This document shows positions 27,369 through 37,651 of a DNA stretch of 64,000 bases, piece by piece. The position numbers were made by a program, and so were the translations under genes. Numbering within the stretch: the first letter of the stretch is position 1; every line of letters begins with the position of its first letter. The notes under the pieces were generated by a model. The model saw nothing but the letters and a program-made list of their open reading frames with translations. It had not been told where the DNA came from and did no database searches. The stretch covers positions 25,817-89,816 of the forward strand of contig CBCTZG010000002.1 in NCBI GenBank assembly GCA_965151315.1, read 5' to 3'. The stretch is from an uncultured Clostridia bacterium (lineage in GTDB: Bacteria; Bacillota; Clostridia; UBA1381).

Positions 27369-29612
27369 ATGGATGAAATATTTCAGCTGACGGGAACGGT
27401 CACAGAAATTATTTATACAAATACAGAAAACGGCTACACCGTCTGTGATATCGACAGTGCGGCGGAAGGACTTTTTACGGCGACAGGCTATATGCCCTAT
27501 TTGAGCGAAGGCGAAAATGTATGCGTTACCGGCTGCTGGGTCACCCATCCGGACTATGGGGAACAGTTCAAGGTATCCTATTACGAATCGGTTTTGCCAA
27601 AGGATACGGATGCCATTCTCCGGTATCTGTCCTCTGGGATCGTGCCGGGGATCCGGGAGGCCACGGCGAAAAAGCTGGTTGACCATTTTGGAAGCCAGGT
27701 TTTAGAAATTATGCTGGATGATCCGCGGCGGCTCAGCGAGGTGAAGGGAATTACCAAGGATAAGGCGGAAAAGATGGGGGAGGCCTTCGCGAAGCTCCAG
27801 TCTATGCAGAATATTGTTATGTTTCTGCAGCAGTACAGCATTTCCGCCAACATGGCCATGCGGGTGCACCAGGCCTTGGGCCAGAACGCAGTGGAAAAAA
27901 TCAAAGCGAATCCCTACGTGTTAGTGAACCAAGTGGATGGCATCAGCTTTAAAACGGCGGATAATATCGCCTTTGTCCGGGGTGTGGCGAAGGACGACCC
28001 GGAACGGGTTAAGGCGGGGATCCGGTATATGCTGACCAACGCGGCCTATGCCAGCGGCCATACTTACCTGCCCAGACAGCTTCTGGTGGAGCATGGGGCA
28101 TACAATCTGACTGTGCCGGAGGAGATTATCCAGAATGGGATCGACGGGCTGGCGCTGGAAAAGGACGTGTATATCGATAACATGGCCGGCCAAGAGGTCT
28201 GCTATTTGTCCGCGTTTTTATCGGCGGAGCTGTATGTGGCCCGGCGGATCTCCGCTATGGCCGTGTTCGCGCAGCCGTTTGCCATGGACGAGGAGGCGGC
28301 CCAGGCGCTGATCGGCAAGGTTTCCCTGGAAGAGGGAATTACATTGGCGCCGGAACAGGCGGAGGCGGTGACGGCTGCGGTAAAATCCAGCTGTGTGATC
28401 ATAACCGGCGGGCCGGGAACTGGAAAAACAACCGCCATCAAAACCATTATCCGGCTGATGGAAGCGCTGCGGCTGTCCGTGGCCCTGACCGCGCCCACGG
28501 GCCGGGCTGCCAAGCGCATGAGCGAGGTGACCGGCCTAGAGGCGAAAACGATCCATCGGCTTTTGGGGGTGCAGCGGTCCGGAGATAAGCAGGTATTTTC
28601 AAAAAATGAGGAAAACCCGCTGTCGGCGGATGTGGTAATTGCCGACGAGATGAGTATGGTGGATATTCTGCTGATGAGCGCTTTTTTGCGGGCGGTCAAG
28701 CCGGGAGCCCGGCTGATTCTCACCGGGGACGCGGATCAGCTTCCCTCTGTAGGGCTTGGAAATGTGCTGCGGGATTTGATCGCCAGCGGGGCTGTACCGG
28801 TGATCCGGTTAGAGCAGATCTTCCGTCAGGCCCAGGAAAGCCTGATCGTCGTCAACGCCCATAAAATCAACCGGGGCGAACTGCCGGAAATCGCCAGCAG
28901 GAACCAGGATTTCTTTTTCCTTCGGCGGCAGAGCCCGGAGGTCATTGCCCAGACTGTGGTGGATTTATATAAAAACCGTCTGCCCCAAAGCTACGGAATC
29001 GACCCGGCGGCCAGCATCCAGGTGCTGAGCCCCTCTCGGAAGGGGATCGCGGGGGTGTATAATCTGAACCAGGAAATCCAGGCGGCAGTCAATCCGCCGG
29101 ATATGCTGAAGCCGGAATTCCAGTATGGCAGGGTCCGGTTCCGGGTGGGGGATAAGGTTATGCAGATCAAAAATAATTATGATATTCCCTGGAGCCGGGA
29201 AAACGGCGAGATGGGCATGGGGATTTTTAACGGGGACATGGGTGTGATTACCGGTATTTCTGTTAAGGACAAGGTTATGAATATCGTATTTGACGAGGAT
29301 AAGGAAGTGGAATACCTGTTTTCATATCTGGATGAGCTGGAGCTGGCGTATGCAATTACCGTGCATAAAAGCCAGGGCAGCGAATTCCCGGTGGTGATCA
29401 TGCCCGTTTGCAGCTTCCCGCCGATGCTGATGTGCCGGAACCTGTTTTATACAGCAGTGACCCGGGCCAAGGAAATGGTGATTTTGGTGGGTAATGAAAA
29501 GGCGATCGTCCAGATGGTGCACAATAACAGCCAGCAGGAACGGTATACAGGCCTGCATGAAAAGCTCCGGCAAATCCAGACTATGCTGGAGGACGAAGCG
29601 CTATTTGAATGA
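27369..29612 (+). CDS. recD2: RecD2-type SF1B ATP-dependent DNA helicase
   Basis: Walker A 'ITGGPGTGKTT', 'LTAPTGRAAKRM', 'VIADEMSMVD', 'GDADQLPSVG', 'ITVHKSQGSEFP' and 'LFYTAVTRAK'. Confidence 0.9.
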   Translation: MDEIFQLTGTVTEIIYTNTENGYTVCDIDSAAEGLFTATGYMPYLSEGENVCVTGCWVTHPDYGEQFKVSYYESVLPKDTDAILRYLSSGIVPGIREATAKKLVDHFGSQVLEIMLDDPRRLSEVKGITKDKAEKMGEAFAKLQSMQNIVMFLQQYSISANMAMRVHQALGQNAVEKIKANPYVLVNQVDGISFKTADNIAFVRGVAKDDPERVKAGIRYMLTNAAYASGHTYLPRQLLVEHGAYNLTVPEEIIQNGIDGLALEKDVYIDNMAGQEVCYLSAFLSAELYVARRISAMAVFAQPFAMDEEAAQALIGKVSLEEGITLAPEQAEAVTAAVKSSCVIITGGPGTGKTTAIKTIIRLMEALRLSVALTAPTGRAAKRMSEVTGLEAKTIHRLLGVQRSGDKQVFSKNEENPLSADVVIADEMSMVDILLMSAFLRAVKPGARLILTGDADQLPSVGLGNVLRDLIASGAVPVIRLEQIFRQAQESLIVVNAHKINRGELPEIASRNQDFFFLRRQSPEVIAQTVVDLYKNRLPQSYGIDPAASIQVLSPSRKGIAGVYNLNQEIQAAVNPPDMLKPEFQYGRVRFRVGDKVMQIKNNYDIPWSRENGEMGMGIFNGDMGVITGISVKDKVMNIVFDEDKEVEYLFSYLDELELAYAITVHKSQGSEFPVVIMPVCSFPPMLMCRNLFYTAVTRAKEMVILVGNEKAIVQMVHNNSQQERYTGLHEKLRQIQTMLEDEALFE

Positions 29613-29653
29613 GCCTTATTTTTAATCAACAATCGTTTGCAGGAGGTAAGAAA

Positions 29654-30184
29654 ATGGCACAGCACATTGTTGTGAAAGAATATAATCCAGCCTGGCGGGA
29701 AATGTTTCAAGAAGAAGCGGCGGTTATTAAAGAGATCCTCGGCGATAACTGTGTAGAAGTCCATCATATTGGGAGCACGGCTGTTGCCGGTCTGGCGGCA
29801 AAACCAGTCATTGATATCATGCCGGTGATCTATCGTTTAGACAAGGTGGATGCGGCCGCCCGCAAGTTCGAAAATATAGGATATGAATATTTGGGCGAAT
29901 TTGGTATACCGGGAAGGCGCTATCTGCGTAAAGGCGGTGACGAGCGGACCCATCAAATCCATATTTTTTCTGTTCGCAGCCAACGGGACATCGAACGGCA
30001 TCTGGCTGTACGGGATTACCTGCGGACGCATGCGGCGGCCAGAGCTGCGTATGCAAAACTGAAGCTGGGGCTTGCGGAAAAATATCCCTATGATATTGAC
30101 GGCTATTGTGACGGAAAAGAACAATTTGTGGAGCAAATGGAACGCGCGGCGCTGCGATGGAAGGAGATTGAAGATAAAAACTGA
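29654..30184 (+). CDS. GrpB-family protein (nucleotidyltransferase-like)
   Basis: 'YNPAWREMFQEE', 'HIGSTAVAGLAAKPVIDIM' and 'FRDYLRTH'-like 'VRDYLRTHAAARAAY'. AGGAGG precedes the ATG at 29654. Confidence 0.8.
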   Translation: MAQHIVVKEYNPAWREMFQEEAAVIKEILGDNCVEVHHIGSTAVAGLAAKPVIDIMPVIYRLDKVDAAARKFENIGYEYLGEFGIPGRRYLRKGGDERTHQIHIFSVRSQRDIERHLAVRDYLRTHAAARAAYAKLKLGLAEKYPYDIDGYCDGKEQFVEQMERAALRWKEIEDKN

Positions 30185-30187
30185 GTC

Positions 30188-30227
30188 AAAGAGAAAACAC
30201 CGTGCTTATGCACGGTGTTTTCTCTTT
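30188..30227. terminator. Bidirectional terminator (GrpB / GNAT convergent pair)
   Basis: 18-bp stem AAAGAGAAAACACCGTGC / GCACGGTGTTTTCTCTTT with loop TTAT. Confidence 0.8.
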
Positions 30228-30726
30228 AAAGCGTTGATAAGGATATGTAAAATAAAATAATGTCTTCGAAACGGCCGTTCGCCAGCCGGTATCCGCCCGG
30301 GACAGTCCCCAGCCGGGAAAAGCCCAGTTTCTCATACAGATGAATTGCTGCGGTATTTGTGGCTACAACAGCGTTAAATTGTAAAATCCGAAAACCTAGA
30401 GCCCGGCCTTTGACCATAGAGTCCAGAACCAGGGCCTCGCCGATCCCGTGGCCCCGCAGACCGCCATTGACGGCATAGGAAGCGTTGGCAATATGGCCGC
30501 ACCGGCCCACATTGTTAGGGTGCAGAATATAGAGCCCAGCAATCCGGCCTTCGTCATCCTCCGCCACGCCGGTATAGGATTGGCTGGCAAAAAATGTTTC
30601 CGCTTCCGCTAAAGAAAACGGCTCCGCCTGAGGGAAGGCGTTGGCCTCCCGGACTACCGCGTTCCAGATGTCTGTCATAGCCGGTAAGTCGCCGGCCGCG
30701 TATTGTCTGATTTTCAACGAAAACAC
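30226..30726 (-). CDS. GNAT-family N-acetyltransferase
   Basis: The acetyl-CoA motif region is 'RGHGIGEALVLDSMVKGRALGFRILQFNAVVATNTAAIHLYEKLGF'. Confidence 0.8.
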   Translation of the reverse strand: MFSLKIRQYAAGDLPAMTDIWNAVVREANAFPQAEPFSLAEAETFFASQSYTGVAEDDEGRIAGLYILHPNNVGRCGHIANASYAVNGGLRGHGIGEALVLDSMVKGRALGFRILQFNAVVATNTAAIHLYEKLGFSRLGTVPGGYRLANGRFEDIILFYISLSTL

Positions 30727-30729
30727 CTC

Positions 30730-32427
30730 TTACATGCTTTCCACGGTTTGGATCCCCAACAGGGATAATGCGGTGCGAATCACCTGGGTTACCGCGTCTA
30801 CAATAGCCAGCCGGGCCTTTTGCACATTTTCCGGCACATCAGATTTCAAAATCGGATAGCTGTTGTAGAATTTGTTAAAGCTCCGGGCTAGGCTGGTTAC
30901 ATACCGGTTGATATAGAACGGCTCATTTTTCGCCGCCGCATCCCGGACGGCATCGCCGAAGGCATTGAGCTGGCTGATCAGCGCATACTCGTCATCAGAA
31001 ACCGTTCCGGAAAATTCGGCGTCCTGATAACTGATGCCACACCGACGCAGAATACTGCGGCCCCGGGCGTAGGTATACTGCACATAGGGGGCGGATTCCC
31101 CCTCAAAGTCCAGCATGCTGTCCCAGGAGAACACAATGTCCTTTTCCCGGCTGTTGTGCAGGAAGGTATACAGCACCGCGCCGATGCCTACCTTTTGGGC
31201 TACTTCTTCTTTATTTTCCAGATCCGGATTGTTGGCAGTGATGATTTCCAGTGTTTTCTGTACGGATTCATTTAAGACGTCCTCTAAGAAAACAACGTCC
31301 CCGTGCCGGGTTGACAGCTTTTTATCCGGGAATTTTACCAAGCCGAAGCCGACGTGGATACAGTCTTTGGCCCACGCGTAGCCGGCCTTATCCAATACGG
31401 CGAAGATCTGCCGGAAATGCAGGGATTGGGGAAGCCCCACCACATAAATGTTTTTGTGGAAATGATATGTACGGTGACGGTACAGGGCCGCCGCAATATC
31501 CCGGGTAGCGTAAATGGTAGCCCCGTCGGATTTTAAGATGATGCAGGGCGGGATGTTCAGCTCGTCCAGCAGAACAACCTGGGCCCCCTCGCTTTCTGTC
31601 AGAAGCTTTTTTTCCGACAGGATCTGTACGACTTCATCCATTTTATCGCTGTAAAAGCTTTCCCCGGCATAGGAGTCAAAGCTGACCCCCAGCTTGTCAT
31701 AAACCCGATTGAACTCTAACAGGCTGACGTCCCGGAAATACTGCCAAAGCGCCGTGGTTTCCGGGTCGCCGTCCTCTAAGCGCTTGAAATATTCCCGGGC
31801 CTCCTCTTCCAGCTCCGGATGCTTTTCCGCCTCTTCGTGGAATTTGACATAGATCTTCAAAAGCTCGTTGATGGGATCCTGTTCAATGACGGCCTTGTCG
31901 CCCCACCGCTTGTAAGCGGAGATCAGCTTTCCGAACTGTGTGCCCCAATCGCCCAAATGGTTAATTTTTACAGTAGTATAGCCTAAATGTTTATAGATTC
32001 GCTCCACGGAATTGCCCACTGCCGTGGAATACAGATGGCCGATATGAAAGGGCTTCGCGATGTTGGGGGAGGAAAATTCGACTAAAACGGTTTTCCCGCT
32101 GCCCTCCGTGGAGCTGCCGAATTTTTCGCCGGCCTGGAAAACAGACTGGATCACCGCGGCCGTAAATTTTTCCCGGTTATAGAAAAAGTTTAGATAACCG
32201 CCGACGGCTTCCGCCTTCGTAATATTTTCATCAGCGGTGAATTTTTCAGCAAGCTCCTTTGCGATCAGCGGCGGCGCTTTTTTCAGGCTCCGGGCCAGAA
32301 CAAAGCAGGGGAAGGCCAGGTCACCCAGCTTCTGCTCCGGCGGCGTCTCCACCGCTCCGGCGATCACATCCCGGTCAAGGCCGGAAATATCTGTCAGTTT
32401 GTCGATCACATACGCTTTAAAATCCAT
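30730..32427 (-). CDS. argS: Arginine--tRNA ligase
   Basis: 565 aa. 'EFSSPNIAKPFHIGHLYS' (HIGH), a typical ArgRS N-terminal add-on domain, and the DALR anticodon-binding C-terminus. Confidence 0.96.
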   Translation of the reverse strand: MDFKAYVIDKLTDISGLDRDVIAGAVETPPEQKLGDLAFPCFVLARSLKKAPPLIAKELAEKFTADENITKAEAVGGYLNFFYNREKFTAAVIQSVFQAGEKFGSSTEGSGKTVLVEFSSPNIAKPFHIGHLYSTAVGNSVERIYKHLGYTTVKINHLGDWGTQFGKLISAYKRWGDKAVIEQDPINELLKIYVKFHEEAEKHPELEEEAREYFKRLEDGDPETTALWQYFRDVSLLEFNRVYDKLGVSFDSYAGESFYSDKMDEVVQILSEKKLLTESEGAQVVLLDELNIPPCIILKSDGATIYATRDIAAALYRHRTYHFHKNIYVVGLPQSLHFRQIFAVLDKAGYAWAKDCIHVGFGLVKFPDKKLSTRHGDVVFLEDVLNESVQKTLEIITANNPDLENKEEVAQKVGIGAVLYTFLHNSREKDIVFSWDSMLDFEGESAPYVQYTYARGRSILRRCGISYQDAEFSGTVSDDEYALISQLNAFGDAVRDAAAKNEPFYINRYVTSLARSFNKFYNSYPILKSDVPENVQKARLAIVDAVTQVIRTALSLLGIQTVESM

Positions 32428-32439
32428 GCTGATACCTCT

Positions 32440-33450
32440 TTATATTTGTTTATTTTCAAAGGCCGCCAGGGCCTTTACATCCTGCATAACCTCGTCGAAC
32501 TGGGCTGGCGTCAAAGACTGGGCGCCGTCGCAGAGCGCCTTTTGGGGGTTGTTGTGCACCTCGATCATGATACCGTCCGCGCCAACGGCAATCGCTGCCT
32601 TGGTCAGGGGCTTTACCATCCAGGGAAGCCCGGTAGCGTGGCTGGGATCGACGATGACCGGCAGGTGCGACAGCGCCTTCATGGCCGGAACCGCCGACAA
32701 ATCCAGCGTATTCCGGGTAAAGGTTTCGTAGGTACGGATCCCCCGTTCACAGAGAATGACCCGTTCGTTACCGCCGGCCATAATATATTCCGCGCTCATG
32801 AGCCACTCCTCAATAGTGTTGGAGAGGCCCCGCTTCAATAAGATGGGCTTATCGCAATGCCCCAGTTCTTTTAACAGCTCAAAATTCTGCATATTCCGGG
32901 CGCCCACCTGGATCACGTCCACATCCTGGAACAGATCCAAATGATGCTGATTCATGATTTCGGTCACAATAGGGAGCCCGGTGGCTCGTTTTGCCTCGGT
33001 CAGAAGCCGGATTCCTTCGTCCTTCAGCCCCTGAAAGGCATACGGCGAGGTCCTGGGCTTGAAAGCGCCGCCCCGCAGGAACGCCGCGCCGCTTTTTTTC
33101 ACATCTTCCGCCACCGCGATGATTTGCTCCGCCGATTCAATAGAGCAAGGTCCTGCGATCACGCTGAAATTTCCTTCGCCTACCATTCTGCCCGCAATAT
33201 CAAACACGCTGTCTAAGGGATGGAATTTCCGGTTAGCCAGCTTATAGGGCTCGGAAACCCGCTTTACATCGGCCACAATCTCGTTGGCCTTGAGCATATC
33301 GGTATCTACCTGGGAGGTGTCGCCGATAATGCCGACGATGGTGGAGTTTTGCCCTTCGCTGTAATGGTAGGAAAAGCCCATGCCTTCTAAATCCCGCAAA
33401 AGGTGGTCTTTTGCTTGCTTGTCTGCGTTTTCTTTCAGAATTACAATCAT
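32440..33450 (-). CDS. aroF: Type I-beta 3-deoxy-7-phosphoheptulonate (DAHP) synthase with an N-terminal ferredoxin-like regulatory domain
   Basis: 'MIVILKENA...IVGIIGD' is the N-domain. It is followed by 'VIAGPCSIES', 'RGGAFKPRTSPYAFQG', 'IQVGARNMQNF', 'LLKRG' and 'DPSHA'. Confidence 0.88.
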   Translation of the reverse strand: MIVILKENADKQAKDHLLRDLEGMGFSYHYSEGQNSTIVGIIGDTSQVDTDMLKANEIVADVKRVSEPYKLANRKFHPLDSVFDIAGRMVGEGNFSVIAGPCSIESAEQIIAVAEDVKKSGAAFLRGGAFKPRTSPYAFQGLKDEGIRLLTEAKRATGLPIVTEIMNQHHLDLFQDVDVIQVGARNMQNFELLKELGHCDKPILLKRGLSNTIEEWLMSAEYIMAGGNERVILCERGIRTYETFTRNTLDLSAVPAMKALSHLPVIVDPSHATGLPWMVKPLTKAAIAVGADGIMIEVHNNPQKALCDGAQSLTPAQFDEVMQDVKALAAFENKQI

Positions 33451-33495
33451 TTTTTCTTCTCCTTTTCTACCATATTACTATACTACTATCTAAAA

Positions 33496-33524
33496 AGTAT
33501 AGCTTTTTTTTCAGGGTTTGTCAA
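33496..33524 (-). promoter_or_regulatory. Putative promoter of the aroF-argS(-GNAT) operon
   Basis: On the minus strand: TTGACA (33524-33519), 17-nt spacer, TATACT (33501-33496). Confidence 0.5.
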
Positions 33525-33574
33525 GGCTGGAAGGAATAAATTGCAGAAGAACAAGAGTTTTGTAAAAAATAGGC

Positions 33575-33603
33575 TTGCGATTTGGCCATCTTTTGTATAT
33601 AAT
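33575..33603 (+). promoter_or_regulatory. Putative promoter of the AIM24-like gene
   Basis: TTGCGA (33575-33580), 17-nt spacer, TATAAT (33598-33603). Confidence 0.5.
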
Positions 33604-33631
33604 GGAAGAAAAAAGGAAGGGAGACATTGCT

Positions 33632-34318
33632 ATGGATTACGAAATTTTTGGCGGGAACCTGCCGGCAGTCACGGTGAAGCTGGAGGCGGGAGAAGCGGTC
33701 TATACCCAATCCGGCGGCATGAGCTGGATGACGGACGGGATCGAGATGGAAACGAATATGAAGGGCGGATTTTTGAAGGGCCTTGGCCGAATGATCAGCG
33801 GGGAATCACTGTTTATGGCCACCTATACGGCGAAGCGGCCGGGACAGAGCATTACCATTGCCTCGTCGTTCCCCGGGAGTATACGCTGTTTGGAATTGGA
33901 TCCGCAGATGGATTATATCTGCCAGAAAAACGCGTTTTTGTGCGCCCAGGAAAGCGTCGAGCTTTCGGCTTATGTGGTAAAAAATATGACTGGCGGCCTG
34001 TTTGGCGGCGAGGGTTTTGTGCTGCAGCGGCTGCATGGCAGCGGCAAAGCGTTTATTGAGCTGGATGGCAGTGTCCAGGAAATCGATCTCGCGCCGGGAG
34101 AGCGGATCAAGGTAGATACGGGAAATGTGGCCTATTTTGAGGCGACGGTGGGTTATTCTGTGGAAACCGTAAAAGGCTTTAAAAATATTTTATTCGGCGG
34201 TGAGGGACTGTTCCTGACGACGCTGGAGGGCCCGGGCAGGGTGTATCTCCAAACAGTGAATCTGCCTAAGTTTGCCAGCCGGATTGTTCCGTATATCCCA
34301 ATACAGCATAACAATTAA
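33632..34318 (+). CDS. AIM24/TIGR00266-family (DUF124) protein
   Basis: 'MDYEI.GGNLPAVTVKLEAGEAVYTQSGGMSWM', 'GESLFMATY' and 'GGEGFVLQRLHGSGKAFIE...GEGLFLTTLEGPGRVYLQT'. Confidence 0.8.
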   Translation: MDYEIFGGNLPAVTVKLEAGEAVYTQSGGMSWMTDGIEMETNMKGGFLKGLGRMISGESLFMATYTAKRPGQSITIASSFPGSIRCLELDPQMDYICQKNAFLCAQESVELSAYVVKNMTGGLFGGEGFVLQRLHGSGKAFIELDGSVQEIDLAPGERIKVDTGNVAYFEATVGYSVETVKGFKNILFGGEGLFLTTLEGPGRVYLQTVNLPKFASRIVPYIPIQHNN

Positions 34319-34566
34319 AAAAGTTTCCGAGATTAGTTGGGCAGTGATAAGGGGGTTTTGCAAATATCACTATTTACCCAACAAGCGGGGATGAAAGAAA
34401 GTCAAGCATATCGCTTTTTAGCGGTATGCTTGTTCGCATTTATATCTGAAAAATGTAATGCAACAGGTGTTTATCCCTGATAAAAAGGAAATTCCGCGGG
34501 ACTATCTATAATCCTGCGGAATATACCTCTTTATGAAGCGCTGCTATGTCGGCGCTTTTTGTGCTA

Positions 34567-35874
34567 TTATTTTGTATATACAGATAATTCCCGGATAATA
34601 GGCGTATCTTTTGCTTCTTGGCAGGTTAGGCGAATTTTGCTGAAAGGGGAAACCGCGGCAATGGGGATAATGCGTTTATGGCCGATGCTTTTCCCGCTGG
34701 CCAGCGGCTGCCAGCCTGTTTCTGCCAGACCCTCCACAGTAAACGACAGCACACGCTGCCCTTCTAGAATTTCTTCCATTAAAACAACATCCCGTACAGG
34801 CATAGCTTTCTGCAGGTCTAAAATCAATGTATTTCCTTTGCCGGATGCGGATGCGGCAGGAGTAGAAAACTGTTTGCTTAGGAGTCTGCCGAATTCCTGA
34901 AATACAGCCGCGTCGGCGTCTGGCACCAGACCGCGGTTATCAATCACCATACCAATCAGCAGGTTGGAATTGCGGCCTACTGACTTATAGTAGCGGTCTA
35001 AAAGGTATTCAGGTGAATGCACAAGATGGTCTTCGCCGTCTTTCCAGAACCAGCCGCTGCAGTAGGCCGTTTTCCAGTGCCGGATTGGCGTATCACTCTC
35101 CGCCGGCGCCCAGAGTTCACCGGCCGGCGAACCGGGGATATAAAAATTTTCTTCCCCGTTATAGGTGTCCCCCTGGGCACTGGTAGTAGACCAGCAGTCC
35201 TCAGGGGCTTCGCCGTCCTCATTGCCAACCCAGCGAATCAGAGATTTCGTTCCCGGCGGGCCCTGGAACACCACAGCGTCTGGCTGTAGCTTGTGCAGCA
35301 GAGGGATTACGGCCGGGCCGCCTTCCTCCTCAGGAAGGCAGCCGCCGTCAAACCAGATTTCAAAAAGCTTGCCGTAGTTTGTCCAGAGCTCTTCTAATTG
35401 GCGCAGAGCGATGGCGTTATAAGCCTGCTGCTCTTCGGCCGTACCGCCGACCACCCGGCCGGGGTTATCTACCCGCAGATAGCTGTTGCAGGCCAGACTG
35501 TAATACAGTCCAGGCCGAATTCCGTATTTTTTGCAGGAGGCGATAAAATCACCTACAATATCACCCTGCCCCTGTTTCCAGGGAGAATTCTGAATGCTGA
35601 AGGGATGTGCCGCCGTGGGCCAAAGGCTGAAGCCGCTGCAATGTTTGGCCACTAAGACGGCATATTTGGCGCCGGCTGCCGCAGCGGTCTCCATCCATTG
35701 GTCTGTGTCCAGCATTGTTGGATTAAAAACAGAGGACGGCGGGTTTTTCCCAAAATGATCCCGGAAATTATACGGCATAAAGGTTTGCAGATCCATGTGA
35801 ATCAGGACGCCGATTTCACAGTCGGACCATTGGGCCTGCTCTGGTGTTGGTTTAACATTAGGATAAGTATACAT
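34567..35874 (-). CDS. GH29 alpha-L-fucosidase with a C-terminal beta-sandwich domain
   Basis: 'GVLIHMDLQTF', 'FNPTMLDTDQWMETAAAAGAKYAVLVAKHCSGFSLWPT', 'FEIWFDGG'. It is the last gene of the RR-HK operon, with a 25-nt gap to the HK gene. Confidence 0.85.
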   Translation of the reverse strand: MYTYPNVKPTPEQAQWSDCEIGVLIHMDLQTFMPYNFRDHFGKNPPSSVFNPTMLDTDQWMETAAAAGAKYAVLVAKHCSGFSLWPTAAHPFSIQNSPWKQGQGDIVGDFIASCKKYGIRPGLYYSLACNSYLRVDNPGRVVGGTAEEQQAYNAIALRQLEELWTNYGKLFEIWFDGGCLPEEEGGPAVIPLLHKLQPDAVVFQGPPGTKSLIRWVGNEDGEAPEDCWSTTSAQGDTYNGEENFYIPGSPAGELWAPAESDTPIRHWKTAYCSGWFWKDGEDHLVHSPEYLLDRYYKSVGRNSNLLIGMVIDNRGLVPDADAAVFQEFGRLLSKQFSTPAASASGKGNTLILDLQKAMPVRDVVLMEEILEGQRVLSFTVEGLAETGWQPLASGKSIGHKRIIPIAAVSPFSKIRLTCQEAKDTPIIRELSVYTK

Positions 35875-35899
35875 ATATTTTCCTCTTTTCTTCTTTTAT

Positions 35900-37651
35900 T
35901 TATGCCGGTGTAACCGGAAGCTTAATGTAGACGGTTGTGCCTGCTGGGGAGGAGGTAATGGAGCACCCGTATTTTTCTCCAAAAATCAGCTGGATTCGCC
36001 GGTTCACATTACAGATTCCAATATTTTTTGATTCCGGCAGCTGCCCGGAGGCTAAGAGCGCCCGAACGGCCCGGAGCCGTTCTGGGGACATACCGCGCCC
36101 GTTGTCCTGAACGGTAAAGATGAGGATATGCTCCTGGATCCTTGCCGAAATCTGAATGCGGGCCGAACTGTCCTGTTTGTGCTTGAAGCCGTGGGAAAAT
36201 GAATTTTCCACAATGGGCTGCAAAATAAACTTAACCGTTCTCAGCCGCAGAATCTCGTCAGGGATTTCCCATTCTACCCGGAACTGATTCCGGTATTTAA
36301 TCCGCTCGATTTCGATGTATTTCTTCGTATAGGAAATTTCATCCGCAATGGGAATGATATTTTCTTTTGTATTCAGCGAGAAGTACAAAATGTCGGATAA
36401 AAGCCGGATCAGCACGTCCGCATCGTTATTCTGGCTGCCGCTGCCCGCGTACAAAAGGGTTACGGCGTTTAGGGTATTGAACAGAAAATGTGGGTTGAGC
36501 TGGGTCTGCAGGGCGATGGCCTGGGATTTTTTCAGTTCTACCACTTTATTAACCAACTCTTCTTCAATGTGCTGGTTGTTCGTAATGATATTCATTATAT
36601 TTTGATTGATATACGCCAGTTCATTGAAATTTGAGCCTGGCGAATGATCCGGATCGCCAGCCTGGAGCCGGGCCGCAATTTCCGCGATGGATTTATAAAA
36701 ATCCGACGACAGAAAAAAGGAGATTAAAAGCGGGACAGTCAGCGCGGTCAGAACCAGAAGCAGGATAAATGTGATATTGGACAAAAGCGTGTCCTTGCGG
36801 AAGCCGGACACATCATTGTCAATAACCAGATACAAATCCCGATCCTGCAGCGTGTCGGAAAAGGTCAGGATGTTTTTATGCTTCGTACAGACCAGTCTGC
36901 CGCTTTCCGTGTATTGGCCGATGGCCTGCTGTTGGCCGATTTCCTCAAAATTTGTGGAAAACAGGACTGTACCATCCGGCTGATATAGGCGGATGCCTTC
37001 GTCAGCGGTGGCAGACAGTACACGCGTTAGATTCTGGGGCGCGATATTGTAAACAATCAGGCCGTCCAGCATCCCATAGCTATAGACGCCGTAGACTACA
37101 GAGATTATAGCCTGCTGCGCGGCAGCGTCATAATAGGCGGTAATAAAATTTGAATTGCCTGTCCGCTCATATTCCGTATACCAGGCCAGATCGTTAAAAT
37201 CGAGGCGGGTATTGCCATTGCGGGAGGATGTCACATAATCGCTTTTCAAGCTATACAGATATATGGAATCCAGATAATTGTTACTGGTCAGATTGCTGCG
37301 GATCAGCTTGTTGACCTGGTAGGATAAATGGTAGTTATCCTGGCTATAGGTTTCTTCCTCGGTCAGTTTGAAAAACAGCCTGACGTAGTCGTCTGAGTCA
37401 AAGAATACAAAGCTTTTATCCAGTTGGTTTAAAAGATCCTCAAAGATGTTCTGAGTTTTTTTATAGTTGGTGGCCAGAGACGCCTGCTGATCGGTGGCGG
37501 TGTACTTTGCATAGTAGACATAAATACAGCTGCAAACCAAAATAAACGGTATGGTAAAACAGAGCAGCATCTTTTTCCAATATTGAAAAAAGATACTGTT
37601 CCAGCGGTGCTGCCTGATCATGTCATAGGAATCGCGCAAAAAATGTTCCAT
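35900..37651 (-). CDS. YesM-like sensor histidine kinase (two TM segments, extracellular sensor, HAMP, His_kinase, HATPase)
   Basis: 'ALQTQLNPHFLFNTLNAV' is the PF06580-type H-box. The ATPase motifs are 'VQDNGRGM' and 'NIGICNVNRRIQLIFG'. Confidence 0.88.
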   Translation of the reverse strand: MEHFLRDSYDMIRQHRWNSIFFQYWKKMLLCFTIPFILVCSCIYVYYAKYTATDQQASLATNYKKTQNIFEDLLNQLDKSFVFFDSDDYVRLFFKLTEEETYSQDNYHLSYQVNKLIRSNLTSNNYLDSIYLYSLKSDYVTSSRNGNTRLDFNDLAWYTEYERTGNSNFITAYYDAAAQQAIISVVYGVYSYGMLDGLIVYNIAPQNLTRVLSATADEGIRLYQPDGTVLFSTNFEEIGQQQAIGQYTESGRLVCTKHKNILTFSDTLQDRDLYLVIDNDVSGFRKDTLLSNITFILLLVLTALTVPLLISFFLSSDFYKSIAEIAARLQAGDPDHSPGSNFNELAYINQNIMNIITNNQHIEEELVNKVVELKKSQAIALQTQLNPHFLFNTLNAVTLLYAGSGSQNNDADVLIRLLSDILYFSLNTKENIIPIADEISYTKKYIEIERIKYRNQFRVEWEIPDEILRLRTVKFILQPIVENSFSHGFKHKQDSSARIQISARIQEHILIFTVQDNGRGMSPERLRAVRALLASGQLPESKNIGICNVNRRIQLIFGEKYGCSITSSPAGTTVYIKLPVTPA

